From: Candidatus Woesearchaeota archaeon
GTDB taxonomy: Archaea > Nanobdellota > Nanobdellia > Pacearchaeales > GW2011-AR1
Assembly: GCA_964409555.1 (NCBI GenBank)
Contig: CAYPDP010000002.1
Span: 6,975-70,974 of the forward strand
Length of the DNA: 64,000 bases
Reading direction: 5' to 3'
The number at the start of each line of letters is the position of its first letter. Position 1 is the first letter of the stretch. The position numbers and the translations under genes were made by a program. Positions 45,864 to 54,768 of this stretch are shown one piece after another. Below the pieces are notes generated by a model that was not told where the DNA came from, did not search any database, and saw only the letters and a program-made list of their open reading frames with translations.

Positions 45864-45944
45864 AACTCCTTAAATAGAAGGTATTGTTCAATCATAAAAA
45901 ACCTTAAAAAGTTGTTAGAGAACTCTTTTTTATAATCTCTTAAA

Positions 45945-47249
45945 ATGAAAAGAAAAAATATTGAAAAAATTGTGCTTGTGAATCCCCCTTCACCTTTTTT
46001 AATAGATGAAAAAGTTTTCCCTAATTTAGGTATTATAAATGTTGGAACAATTCTTAAAGAAAGGGGTATGAATGTTGAAATAATTGATCTTGCTGGAGAA
46101 AAAAAATATTTAGATAAAATAAAAGAAATTGCTCTTTCAACAAATATTATTGGTTTTTCTTCCACAACTCCTCAATTTTATAACACTTTTCAATTAAATA
46201 AAGTTGCTAAAGAAACAAATCCTAATCTATTCACAATTCTTGGAGGAGCTCATGCTTCTGCTATGGCTTACTTGCCTTTAACAGACCCGAATCAAGAAGG
46301 ATTAAAATCATTTGATATGATTTTTGCAGGAGAGGGGGAAGGATTTATTATAAAAGAGGGTGTCTATAAAGCCCCATTAGTTAAGAACATAGAAAATTTA
46401 CCAATACCAGATAGATCCCTTATGGATATAACTTCTTATGAATACTATCTTAATGGAAAACCTACAACAACCTTGATGACTCAAAGAGGATGTCCTTTTT
46501 CTTGTAATTTTTGCTCGGGTAGAGAAATTGAAATGTATAAAAAATTTAGAATGAATTCTCCAGAGAAAATTGTTAAAGAATTAGATTATTTAAATAAAGA
46601 GTTTGGATATACTTCATTTATGTGGTATGATGATGAAATAAATATTAATATTAAAAAATTATTTAAATTGTCAAAATTATTGGAAAAAAGGCCATACATC
46701 CATAGAGGATTTGTTCGTTCAGATTTAATTCATAAAAATCCAGATTCAGTGGAAGCATTAGCTAATGCAGGATTTGTTGAATTATGTAGTGGGGTAGAAA
46801 GTGGATCTGATAAAATATTAAAACAATCTGGTAAAAGAACAAGTGTTGAAGATAATAAATTTGCTGCAAGAAAAATTATGGATAGTGGAATTAGATACAA
46901 ATCATTTACAATGATTGGGCACCCTAATGAAACTTATGAAGATATAATGAAAACAAAAAAATGGATTCAAGAAGTACTCCCAGATGGATTTGATATTACT
47001 ATTCTACAACCCTATCCTGGAAGTATAATTTATAATAAATCTGTACCTTCTTCAACATTTTTAGGATATAAATATGAATATAATGGATTATATTTTAATA
47101 AAATAGATTTTTCAAAAAATTCAGCATTTTTTAAAGGTAGAGCTGGAGAATATGAAAGTCAAAGTAGAACTAAAACACTAACTTCTGAAGAGTTAATTGA
47201 ATTAAGAGATGAAGTTGAATTTGAATTAAAAGAAGAAAGAAAATTATAG
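45945..47249 (+). CDS. B12-binding-domain radical SAM enzyme (class B-like)
   Basis: N-terminal Rossmann-like IVLVNPPSPF...LGIINVGTILKERGMNVEIIDL, then the CxxxCxxC motif GCPFSCNFCSG. Confidence 0.8.
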   Translation: MKRKNIEKIVLVNPPSPFLIDEKVFPNLGIINVGTILKERGMNVEIIDLAGEKKYLDKIKEIALSTNIIGFSSTTPQFYNTFQLNKVAKETNPNLFTILGGAHASAMAYLPLTDPNQEGLKSFDMIFAGEGEGFIIKEGVYKAPLVKNIENLPIPDRSLMDITSYEYYLNGKPTTTLMTQRGCPFSCNFCSGREIEMYKKFRMNSPEKIVKELDYLNKEFGYTSFMWYDDEININIKKLFKLSKLLEKRPYIHRGFVRSDLIHKNPDSVEALANAGFVELCSGVESGSDKILKQSGKRTSVEDNKFAARKIMDSGIRYKSFTMIGHPNETYEDIMKTKKWIQEVLPDGFDITILQPYPGSIIYNKSVPSSTFLGYKYEYNGLYFNKIDFSKNSAFFKGRAGEYESQSRTKTLTSEELIELRDEVEFELKEERKL

Positions 47250-47255
47250 ATAAAA

Positions 47256-47846
47256 ATGAGTGAAAAATTTAAACATAAACAAGATATTGAAAGATATAAA
47301 AAAATAAGTTCATTTTCTAAAGGAAAAATATTAAATTTAGGGAGTGATCATAGTTATGGAAAAATTGGATTAAATTCTTTTTTAAAACAAAAACATAATA
47401 AAATAGTATCTTGTGATATTGAAAAAGGTGCAGATTATGTAATAAATTTAAATGATAAAAATTGGAAAATAAATGAAAAATTTGATACAATTGTTGCAGG
47501 AGAAATAATTGAACATTTAGAAAATCCAACTCAATTTTTAAAAAATTGTTATAAATTAATTAATAAAAATGGTAGAATTGTTTTATCAACTCCTAATGCT
47601 TCTAGTTTAATCTATTTAGTAAATCCTTCTTGGTGTGTAGGGTACAATAATACTGAAAAAGAATTAATACATATACATACCTTTACAAAAACAATGATTA
47701 AACAGCTAATGAAAAAAGAAGGATTTCAAATAATTCATGAAGAATATATAAATGCGTTCTGGCATAATCCTGTTGCATGGACAATATGTAAATTTATAAA
47801 AAGATTAAGAGGAGATATATTAATTGTAGGAATTAAAAAAGAATAA
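47256..47846 (+). CDS. class I SAM-dependent methyltransferase
   Basis: DTIVAGEIIEHLENPTQFLKNCYKLINKNGRIVLSTPNA. Confidence 0.7.
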   Translation: MSEKFKHKQDIERYKKISSFSKGKILNLGSDHSYGKIGLNSFLKQKHNKIVSCDIEKGADYVINLNDKNWKINEKFDTIVAGEIIEHLENPTQFLKNCYKLINKNGRIVLSTPNASSLIYLVNPSWCVGYNNTEKELIHIHTFTKTMIKQLMKKEGFQIIHEEYINAFWHNPVAWTICKFIKRLRGDILIVGIKKE

Positions 47847-47861
47847 AATTACTATTAAAAA

Positions 47862-49046
47862 TTATTTTAAAATTTTATCAAAAAGTTTTTTTAATTCTTT
47901 ATTTCTTTTTTGAATTGAAAATTTTGTTTTTACTATTTTTAAACTTTCTTTGGACATTTTTTCTTTTAAAGAAGGATTATTTATTAAAATCTCAATTTTC
48001 TCAGATAAATCATTTATTACTCTTTTATCTATTTTTTTAATTGTATTAATAAATTTTTTAGAACGAATATTTGTAGGATAAGAAGGATCATTGTAAGGTA
48101 TGTTTTTTGAGGGTTTGATTAAAAAGGCATTTTTATTATCCTCAAGATAATCTTTTACTGCATATGTATCTAAAGCAATAATTGGTAATCCAAAAGACAT
48201 TGCTTCTAAAAAAGCCATTAAAAAATAAGTATGTCCTGGCATTAAAAGAACATCTGAATCTAAATATAAATTCTGTAAATCTTCAAAAGAGATTCTTTCT
48301 TCAATAAAAATGATATTCTTTAAAGAATATTGTTTCTTAACATTTTTTGGAACAGCACATCTTACAATTAACTTAACATTTTTATATTTTTTTCTTAAAG
48401 TTTTGAAACATTCTAAAGCTTCTAATCCTCCTTTTATAAAAAAATCATTAGGGTTATTTGTTGATCCCATAAAAAGCATCTGAAATTCATTTTTTTTATT
48501 AATTCTCTTTAAATTATCAATATAGTTAAATTTAACTCCTGGCCTTATTAAAACTGTTTTCTTTAATATCTTTTTAGGGAAATTTTTTTTAAAAAAATTA
48601 TAAGAAGTCTCATGGGAACAAATTATTGCTTTGCAATTATTTTTTAAAAGTTTTTTTTCTATTTTTTTTCTATTTTTAATAAAGATATTATAATTATAAC
48701 CTGTTAAACAAAAAGGGTTATCAATTATATCTAACACCCATGAAGAATCTCTATAGTATATACTTCCTGTAGAAAATATAAAATCATAATTTTCTTTTCC
48801 AATATTTGATTCTTTATGTAAGATATTTTGTAATATATCTATTTTAAATATATTTCTAAAAAGTTTATATATTATTTTCAAAATATATATTTTTTTTACA
48901 AAAAATATAAATCTATATCTCTTGTTAATAGGATTTTTATTAAAAAAGTATCCTTTTGGAGGATTAGACAAAAAAGTTTTATAAGCAGAATGCAAAGGAT
49001 ATATAGATGGATAAAATAAGCTTCTTTTTTTATTTTCCTTTATCAT
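47862..49046 (-). CDS. GT4-like glycosyltransferase
   Basis: C-terminal half reads LMPGHTYFLMAFLEAMSFGLPIIALDTYAVKDYL. Confidence 0.65.
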   Translation of the reverse strand: MIKENKKRSLFYPSIYPLHSAYKTFLSNPPKGYFFNKNPINKRYRFIFFVKKIYILKIIYKLFRNIFKIDILQNILHKESNIGKENYDFIFSTGSIYYRDSSWVLDIIDNPFCLTGYNYNIFIKNRKKIEKKLLKNNCKAIICSHETSYNFFKKNFPKKILKKTVLIRPGVKFNYIDNLKRINKKNEFQMLFMGSTNNPNDFFIKGGLEALECFKTLRKKYKNVKLIVRCAVPKNVKKQYSLKNIIFIEERISFEDLQNLYLDSDVLLMPGHTYFLMAFLEAMSFGLPIIALDTYAVKDYLEDNKNAFLIKPSKNIPYNDPSYPTNIRSKKFINTIKKIDKRVINDLSEKIEILINNPSLKEKMSKESLKIVKTKFSIQKRNKELKKLFDKILK

Positions 49047-49116
49047 ATTTGTTACAAAAGATAAATGTTTTTAAATATGATTAAATTTAAGTTTTAATAA
49101 AAAATTATTTTAAAAA

Positions 49117-50193
49117 ATGGAAATTAAAGAAATTCAAAAAATAGATGTTTGTGAAAAAAATAAAAGAGCATTAATTACAGGAATTACTGGACAGGATGGA
49201 AGTTATCTTGCAGAATTACTTCTTAAAAAAGGATATGAAGTTTATGGAATTGTTCGGAGAAGTAGTTCTTTTACAACTGAAAGAATTAATCATATTTTTA
49301 TTGATCCTCATAAAATATCTTCACTTCATTTAATTTATGGAGATATTACTGATGGAAGTAGTATTTCTAACATAATTAGAAAAGTTATGCCTAATGAAAT
49401 TTACAATTTAGCTGCACAAAGCCATGTAAGGATTAGTTTTGATATTCCAGAGTATACTTCTGAAGTTGATGCTCTTGGAACTTTAAAAATCTTAGAAGTA
49501 ATAAGAAATTTTTGCCCTGATACTAAATTTTATCAAGCCTCTTCCAGCGAAATGTTTGGAAAAGTTCAAGAAGTTCCTCAAAATGAAAAAACCCCCTTTT
49601 ACCCTCGTAGCCCATATGGTTGTGCAAAAGTATTCTCTTATTGGATAACTAAAAATTATAGGGAAAGTTATAATTTATTTGCTTGTAATGGTATTTTATT
49701 TAATCATGAATCTGAAAGAAGGGGGAAAAATTTTGTTACAAAAAAGATAACAAGAGGATTATCTAGAATTAAATTAGGCATAGAAGATAAACTATATCTA
49801 GGAAATTTGGATGCGAAAAGAGATTGGGGACATGCAAAAGATTATGTAAAAGCTATGTGGTTAATGTTACAACAAGATAAACCTGAGGATTATATTATTG
49901 CAACAGGAGAAAATCATTCGGTTAGAGAATTTGTTGAATTATCTGCTAAAAAACTAGGATTTAATCTAGTATGGGAAGGTAAAGGACTTGATGAAAAAGG
50001 AGTTGATAAAAATACAGGTAAAATTATTATTGAAATTGATTCAAGATATTTTAGACCTGCAGAAGTTGAAAACCTTTTAGGAAATCCAACAAAAGCAAAA
50101 AATAATTTATCTTGGGTTCCAGAAATAAAATTTAATGAACTTGTAGATAAAATGATTGAATATGATTTAAAAAAAGAAATGGAAAAATTATAA
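49117..50193 (+). CDS. gmd: GDP-mannose 4,6-dehydratase
   Basis: [52 protein letters not shown] and [10 protein letters not shown] motifs. Confidence 0.92.
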   Translation: MEIKEIQKIDVCEKNKRALITGITGQDGSYLAELLLKKGYEVYGIVRRSSSFTTERINHIFIDPHKISSLHLIYGDITDGSSISNIIRKVMPNEIYNLAAQSHVRISFDIPEYTSEVDALGTLKILEVIRNFCPDTKFYQASSSEMFGKVQEVPQNEKTPFYPRSPYGCAKVFSYWITKNYRESYNLFACNGILFNHESERRGKNFVTKKITRGLSRIKLGIEDKLYLGNLDAKRDWGHAKDYVKAMWLMLQQDKPEDYIIATGENHSVREFVELSAKKLGFNLVWEGKGLDEKGVDKNTGKIIIEIDSRYFRPAEVENLLGNPTKAKNNLSWVPEIKFNELVDKMIEYDLKKEMEKL

Positions 50194-50220
50194 TAAAGTA
50201 TTTTTTAAAAAATATAAAAT

Positions 50221-51198
50221 TTAATTAACCTGATTTTTTCTATACCATTCAATTGTTTTCTCAATTCCTTCTTTTAAAGAAGTTTTTGCATTCCACCCCA
50301 AAACTTTTTCTGCTTTAGTAGTATCACAATTTCGTCTTGGTTGACCCTCTGGTTTTGTTAAATCATATTTAATATTTGGAGTTTTACCTAAAATATCAAA
50401 AATAATCTTAACAATCTCACTAATTTTTATTTCTTCATTTGTTCCAATATTTACTGGATCTGCATTAGGATATTTTTTACAAACTTCCAAAATACCTTCT
50501 GCAAAATCTTTGGCATATAAAAAAGCTCTAGATTGATTCCCACTTCCCCAAACAACATAAGGATCTTCCCCATCAATTGCTCTTTTTATTAATGCGGGAA
50601 TTACGTGAGAAGTTTCCGGATTAAAGTCATCCTTAGGACCATAAGCATTATAAGGTCTTGCAATAGCAATTTTCATCCCATATTCTTGTGCATAATACAT
50701 TGACATTTTTTCTTGCATTCTTTTTGAAAAACCATATCCTTCATTAGTTATTTCAGGCATTTCTTTAAATCCTTCTTCTTCAGGAGTTGGAATTGTACAA
50801 AATCTAGGATAAACGCATGCAGAACTAACAGTTAAAAATCTTTCAACACCTTCAAGCCTCGATGCTTCAAGTATATTCATAAAAGGGAGAGTATTTTCTC
50901 TAATCAGATATGCTGGATGATTCATATTAAATTCAACCCCTCCAACTTTTGCAGCCATTTGAACAACAATGTCCATATCCTCGACTATTCTTTTACAAGC
51001 TTCAAAATCTTTTAAATCTCCATAAACAATATTTATTTTTCTTTTAACCTCTTCTGTAAAAAAATTATTGCTTTTTTCATTTCTCAAATTAGCATAAACA
51101 ATTGCACCATAATCTAATAAAAGATCAACTACATAACTCCCAATAAATCCTCCTGCACCAGTAACTAATACTTTTTTATTACTCCAAAATTCATTCAT
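50221..51198 (-). CDS. GDP-L-fucose synthase-family epimerase/reductase (Fcl/ColC-like)
   Basis: VLVTGAGGFIGS, SSACVYP, ITNEGYGFSKR and YGPKDDFNPETSHVIPALI motifs. The start overlaps the upstream stop (ATGAATGA). Confidence 0.75.
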   Translation of the reverse strand: MNEFWSNKKVLVTGAGGFIGSYVVDLLLDYGAIVYANLRNEKSNNFFTEEVKRKINIVYGDLKDFEACKRIVEDMDIVVQMAAKVGGVEFNMNHPAYLIRENTLPFMNILEASRLEGVERFLTVSSACVYPRFCTIPTPEEEGFKEMPEITNEGYGFSKRMQEKMSMYYAQEYGMKIAIARPYNAYGPKDDFNPETSHVIPALIKRAIDGEDPYVVWGSGNQSRAFLYAKDFAEGILEVCKKYPNADPVNIGTNEEIKISEIVKIIFDILGKTPNIKYDLTKPEGQPRRNCDTTKAEKVLGWNAKTSLKEGIEKTIEWYRKNQVN

Positions 51199-52372
51199 TT
51201 CTTAATTTTTCAAAAATTTTAATTAATTTCTCAAATCTATCTTTTTTTATAAATTGATTATTGCCTAAATATAGTCCATTTTCATGAATTATACTTGCAA
51301 TAGGTGTTTTCTCTAAAAAATCCTTATATTCTGATAAAAAAGGTTGTTTTAATAAATTCCCACTTATTATCGGTCTATACTCTATTCTTTCTTCTTCAAG
51401 AATTTTTTTAAATTTCTCAAGAAATTTTCTATCTTTAAATATAAATGGAAATGAAAATGAAGACACTCCTTTTTTTTGTATAAGATATAATTTATCAGAA
51501 TTTTTTTCACATATATTATAATATTTCTTAAAATTCTCATTTCTTTTATCTAAAATTAAATTTAATTTCTTTAATTGTTCTAATCCAATAACTGCTGCAA
51601 TTTCAGTATTTCTCACATTATAACCTTTGGTTAAAAATAAAAACTTAGAATCTATGTTTTTATAAATATTTTTAAATTTATTAAAATCTTCTTTAGGAAG
51701 TTCTCTTGCTAATCCATGAGATCTTTTTAATAAAAGTAATTTATATAAATCTTCATCATTTGTAGAAATCATTCCTCCTTCAATAGTTGTCATATGGTGT
51801 CCGAAAAAAAAGGAAAAAGTTCCTGCCTCTCCAAAATTTCCTACTTTAACCCCCTCAATCATTGTCCCAGTAGCCTCACAACAATCTTCAAAAATCTTAA
51901 TATTTTTATCTTCACACAACATTCTTATTTCTTCTACTTCAGAAGGAATTCCTAAAAGATGTGTAATAAATATTCCAACTACATCTTGATTCTTCTTTAA
52001 TTCTTCTTTTAGATTATCTAATTTAAAAGAAAGTGTATTGAAATTAACATCAACAAAAACTGGCTCAAATCCCAATTGGATAATTGGAGAAATATTTGTT
52101 ACCCAAGTTATTGCAGGAACAATTATCTTAGATCCTTTTTTCCAACCATATTTTTCTTTTAAAGCATCTATTAATATTAGATTTGCTGAACTTCCAGAAT
52201 TTACAAAAACAGAATATTTACTTCCTTGCCATTCAGACCATTTCCTTTCAAATTCTTCAACTCTCTTCCCTTTAGTAAATTTATCACTAAATTTTAAAAG
52301 ATTTATAACTGCGTTTATTTCTTCTTCTTTAATTGCATTCTCCATCAAAGGCCAATAAAAGTAATTATTCAT
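51191..52372 (-). CDS. DegT/ColD-family PLP/PMP enzyme with the dehydratase-type active site (ColD/E1-like 3-dehydratase)
   Basis: VNSGSSANL and FSFFFGHHMTTIEGGMIST. The position 6 residues before EGG, where aminotransferases carry the Schiff-base Lys, is His. Confidence 0.65.
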   Translation of the reverse strand: MNNYFYWPLMENAIKEEEINAVINLLKFSDKFTKGKRVEEFERKWSEWQGSKYSVFVNSGSSANLILIDALKEKYGWKKGSKIIVPAITWVTNISPIIQLGFEPVFVDVNFNTLSFKLDNLKEELKKNQDVVGIFITHLLGIPSEVEEIRMLCEDKNIKIFEDCCEATGTMIEGVKVGNFGEAGTFSFFFGHHMTTIEGGMISTNDEDLYKLLLLKRSHGLARELPKEDFNKFKNIYKNIDSKFLFLTKGYNVRNTEIAAVIGLEQLKKLNLILDKRNENFKKYYNICEKNSDKLYLIQKKGVSSFSFPFIFKDRKFLEKFKKILEEERIEYRPIISGNLLKQPFLSEYKDFLEKTPIASIIHENGLYLGNNQFIKKDRFEKLIKIFEKLRNE

Positions 52373-52424
52373 ATTTAAAATAGATATTTACTCCTATAAA
52401 AATTATTCTATTCTCAAGTATACC

Positions 52425-53927
52425 TTATTTTTTATTAATAATTTTGGATAATTCTTTAATTTCCCTAATAGATATTCCTTTAATTAAAAATAATGTTAAA
52501 ATATAAATTATTGCTCCAAAGATAACTTTTAATATCATTACTTTAAAATTTATTTCTGAATAAAAATTATTTGAATAAATCAAAACTCCAGCCATAATAA
52601 TGCTTGCAATTAGAGGTTTAATGAAATTTATAATATTTAATTTTACATTCAAAATATTTCTAGAAATAAGAAAGGATCCAAAAAGATAAAAATACCAACT
52701 AATAAGAGTCGCTATTGCAGCACCAGTAGTTGCCCATAAATCTGAAATATTTAAAAAATAATATATAAAAATATAATTTAAAAAAATATTTAAAAAAGTT
52801 ATAATTACTGTAAATATTGCAAAAGATTTTAATTTTTCTCTTGCTGTAAAAAAAGTCATAAATATCCCTACAAGAACTGTTGGAATTATTAAAAAAGAAA
52901 GAAAAAATAATAAAATTGTTGCAGGAATATATTCTTTACCATAAATAAGAATTATAAAATATTTAGATAATACTGCCAAACCAAAAGAAGAAGGAACAAT
53001 TAATATTAAAGAATATTTAAGAATATTATTAAAAACATTTTCTAATTTATTTTTAGGAATTTGAGTTAAAACTGGAAGAAAAACATTTGTAAAAGTGAGC
53101 ATTCCGGCAATTCCAAAAACTAAAGCAAAAGAAGACCTATAATAACCAATATATTTAGATGGAAGGAAAATTCCAAGCATAATTATATCTATATAAGAAA
53201 AAAAAGCTGCAGAAACACTTCCGATAGTTAAAAAACCTAAAAATTTTAAAACTCTTTTTTTATTAATTTGTTTTTTTGTTTTTTTAATTAAAAATAAAAA
53301 ATTCTTCTTAAAATAAAATAAAATAAAAATTAAAGTTATAAAAGAAGTGAATATTAATCCAAATACAACTCCTAAAATATAATATTGTGAGATTAAAATA
53401 TAAAAAATTATAACTACTGCAAGAATTCTTACTAATTGAAATATTGTCTCTTTAATTAAAACATATTTTACTTTTTTACTTATATAAAATAATAGAATAA
53501 AAAAGTCAGTTATTGTGAATAAAAAAACATATATTCCTAAGAAAAATAATGGAAGAAAAAGAACTGGTTTATTAAATACAAATAAAGCTAAAGGATATGC
53601 TATTAAAATAAGAAAAAGAGAAAGACTCAAAGAGAGTATAATTTTTATTCTTAAAAGATAATTAAAATATGCTGCTGCTTTTTTCTTATTTTCTTTTATT
53701 TCAGATGAAACATATCTTAACATTGTCTGATTTACTCCTAAATCTGCAAAAGTCATAAAAATTAATGCTATAGAAATAGCTAAACTATAGATACCAAATC
53801 CTTCAGGAAGTAAAAATCTTGCAAGAATTATTGTAAAAATAAGTGCCCCTACTTTTCCTAAAAAATTAGAGGAAATATTCCAAAAACTATCTTTTAACAC
53901 TCTTTGTCTTAATCTTTCTTTTTTCAT
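52425..53927 (-). CDS. Wzx/RfbX-type polysaccharide flippase (MOP superfamily)
   Basis: 500 aa, polytopic. N-terminal DSFWNISSNFLGKVGALIFTIILARFLLPEGFGIYSLA. Confidence 0.75.
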   Translation of the reverse strand: MKKERLRQRVLKDSFWNISSNFLGKVGALIFTIILARFLLPEGFGIYSLAISIALIFMTFADLGVNQTMLRYVSSEIKENKKKAAAYFNYLLRIKIILSLSLSLFLILIAYPLALFVFNKPVLFLPLFFLGIYVFLFTITDFFILLFYISKKVKYVLIKETIFQLVRILAVVIIFYILISQYYILGVVFGLIFTSFITLIFILFYFKKNFLFLIKKTKKQINKKRVLKFLGFLTIGSVSAAFFSYIDIIMLGIFLPSKYIGYYRSSFALVFGIAGMLTFTNVFLPVLTQIPKNKLENVFNNILKYSLILIVPSSFGLAVLSKYFIILIYGKEYIPATILLFFLSFLIIPTVLVGIFMTFFTAREKLKSFAIFTVIITFLNIFLNYIFIYYFLNISDLWATTGAAIATLISWYFYLFGSFLISRNILNVKLNIINFIKPLIASIIMAGVLIYSNNFYSEINFKVMILKVIFGAIIYILTLFLIKGISIREIKELSKIINKK

Positions 53928-53972
53928 AAAATACTAAAACAAAAACTATTTTTAAATTATAGGTAGGAAAAA

Positions 53973-54701
53973 TTAATTAATTTTTTTTGGAAGAGAATTA
54001 TATTTCTTTCTGTCTTTAATTTTTATTTCATAAATTAAATATAAAATAGTTTTTACAATCCCAAACATATTTTTAAACTTAAATATTGTTGTTGAATCTG
54101 AAGGTTTTATTTTTATTCCAATTTCAATATAACTATTTCCTAATTTTAATAATTTTATTAATGCTTCAGCACTATATGCAAAATCATTTGCATTAATCTT
54201 TATTTTTCTTAAAGAATCTGTTTTATAAATACAAGTCCCATTAAAATATTTTAAATTAAAACCAAATATCAAATTAAGAAAAACTACAAATAATTTTGAA
54301 ATAAATCTTCTATGAATAGCTCTAATTTCTTGATTGGTTGTGTAAGGAATTATTATATCTGCTTTCCCAACTATTTTTAAAGTTTTTTCAAAATCTTCTC
54401 CAACATTTTCATTATCTCCTGGAAACATTGTAAAATAATTCATTGTAGAAATTTTAAGGGCACCTTTATAACCATATCCAATTCCTACCCTCTTTAATCT
54501 AAGGACTTTAATTTTATTATTCTTTAAAGCTAATTTATCTGCTATTTCTAATGTTTTATCTGTACTTCCACTGTCAGAAATAATAATTTCATAATCATCG
54601 AACTTTCCTTTTACAGCCTTTAAAACTTCTTTAACCGCGTCTTCAATATCTTTTTCAGTATTACATGAAAGAACTGCAATAGTTATAGTTTTTTTATTCA
54701 T
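53973..54701 (-). CDS. GT2 polyprenyl-phosphate glycosyltransferase (ArnC/DPM1-like)
   Basis: ITIAVLSCNTEKDIEDAV, IISDSGSTDKT and FPGDNEN motifs, with a C-terminal hydrophobic segment. Confidence 0.75.
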   Translation of the reverse strand: MNKKTITIAVLSCNTEKDIEDAVKEVLKAVKGKFDDYEIIISDSGSTDKTLEIADKLALKNNKIKVLRLKRVGIGYGYKGALKISTMNYFTMFPGDNENVGEDFEKTLKIVGKADIIIPYTTNQEIRAIHRRFISKLFVVFLNLIFGFNLKYFNGTCIYKTDSLRKIKINANDFAYSAEALIKLLKLGNSYIEIGIKIKPSDSTTIFKFKNMFGIVKTILYLIYEIKIKDRKKYNSLPKKIN

Positions 54702-54768
54702 TTTATCACAAAAATCTATTAATTAATAAATCTTATGGAATAATTATTTAGAATTTATAGAAATAGTT

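Noticed and set aside
51191-52372. Reading the DegT-family gene plus UXS plus GT2 plus GT-C as a complete Arn-type (L-Ara4N) pathway with an ArnB aminotransferase
   Set aside because: The Schiff-base Lys position is His (GHHMTTIEGG), as in dehydratases. The gene is translationally coupled to an Fcl-like reductase next to gmd. The ArnC/ArnT-like pair may still use a UXS-derived pentose.
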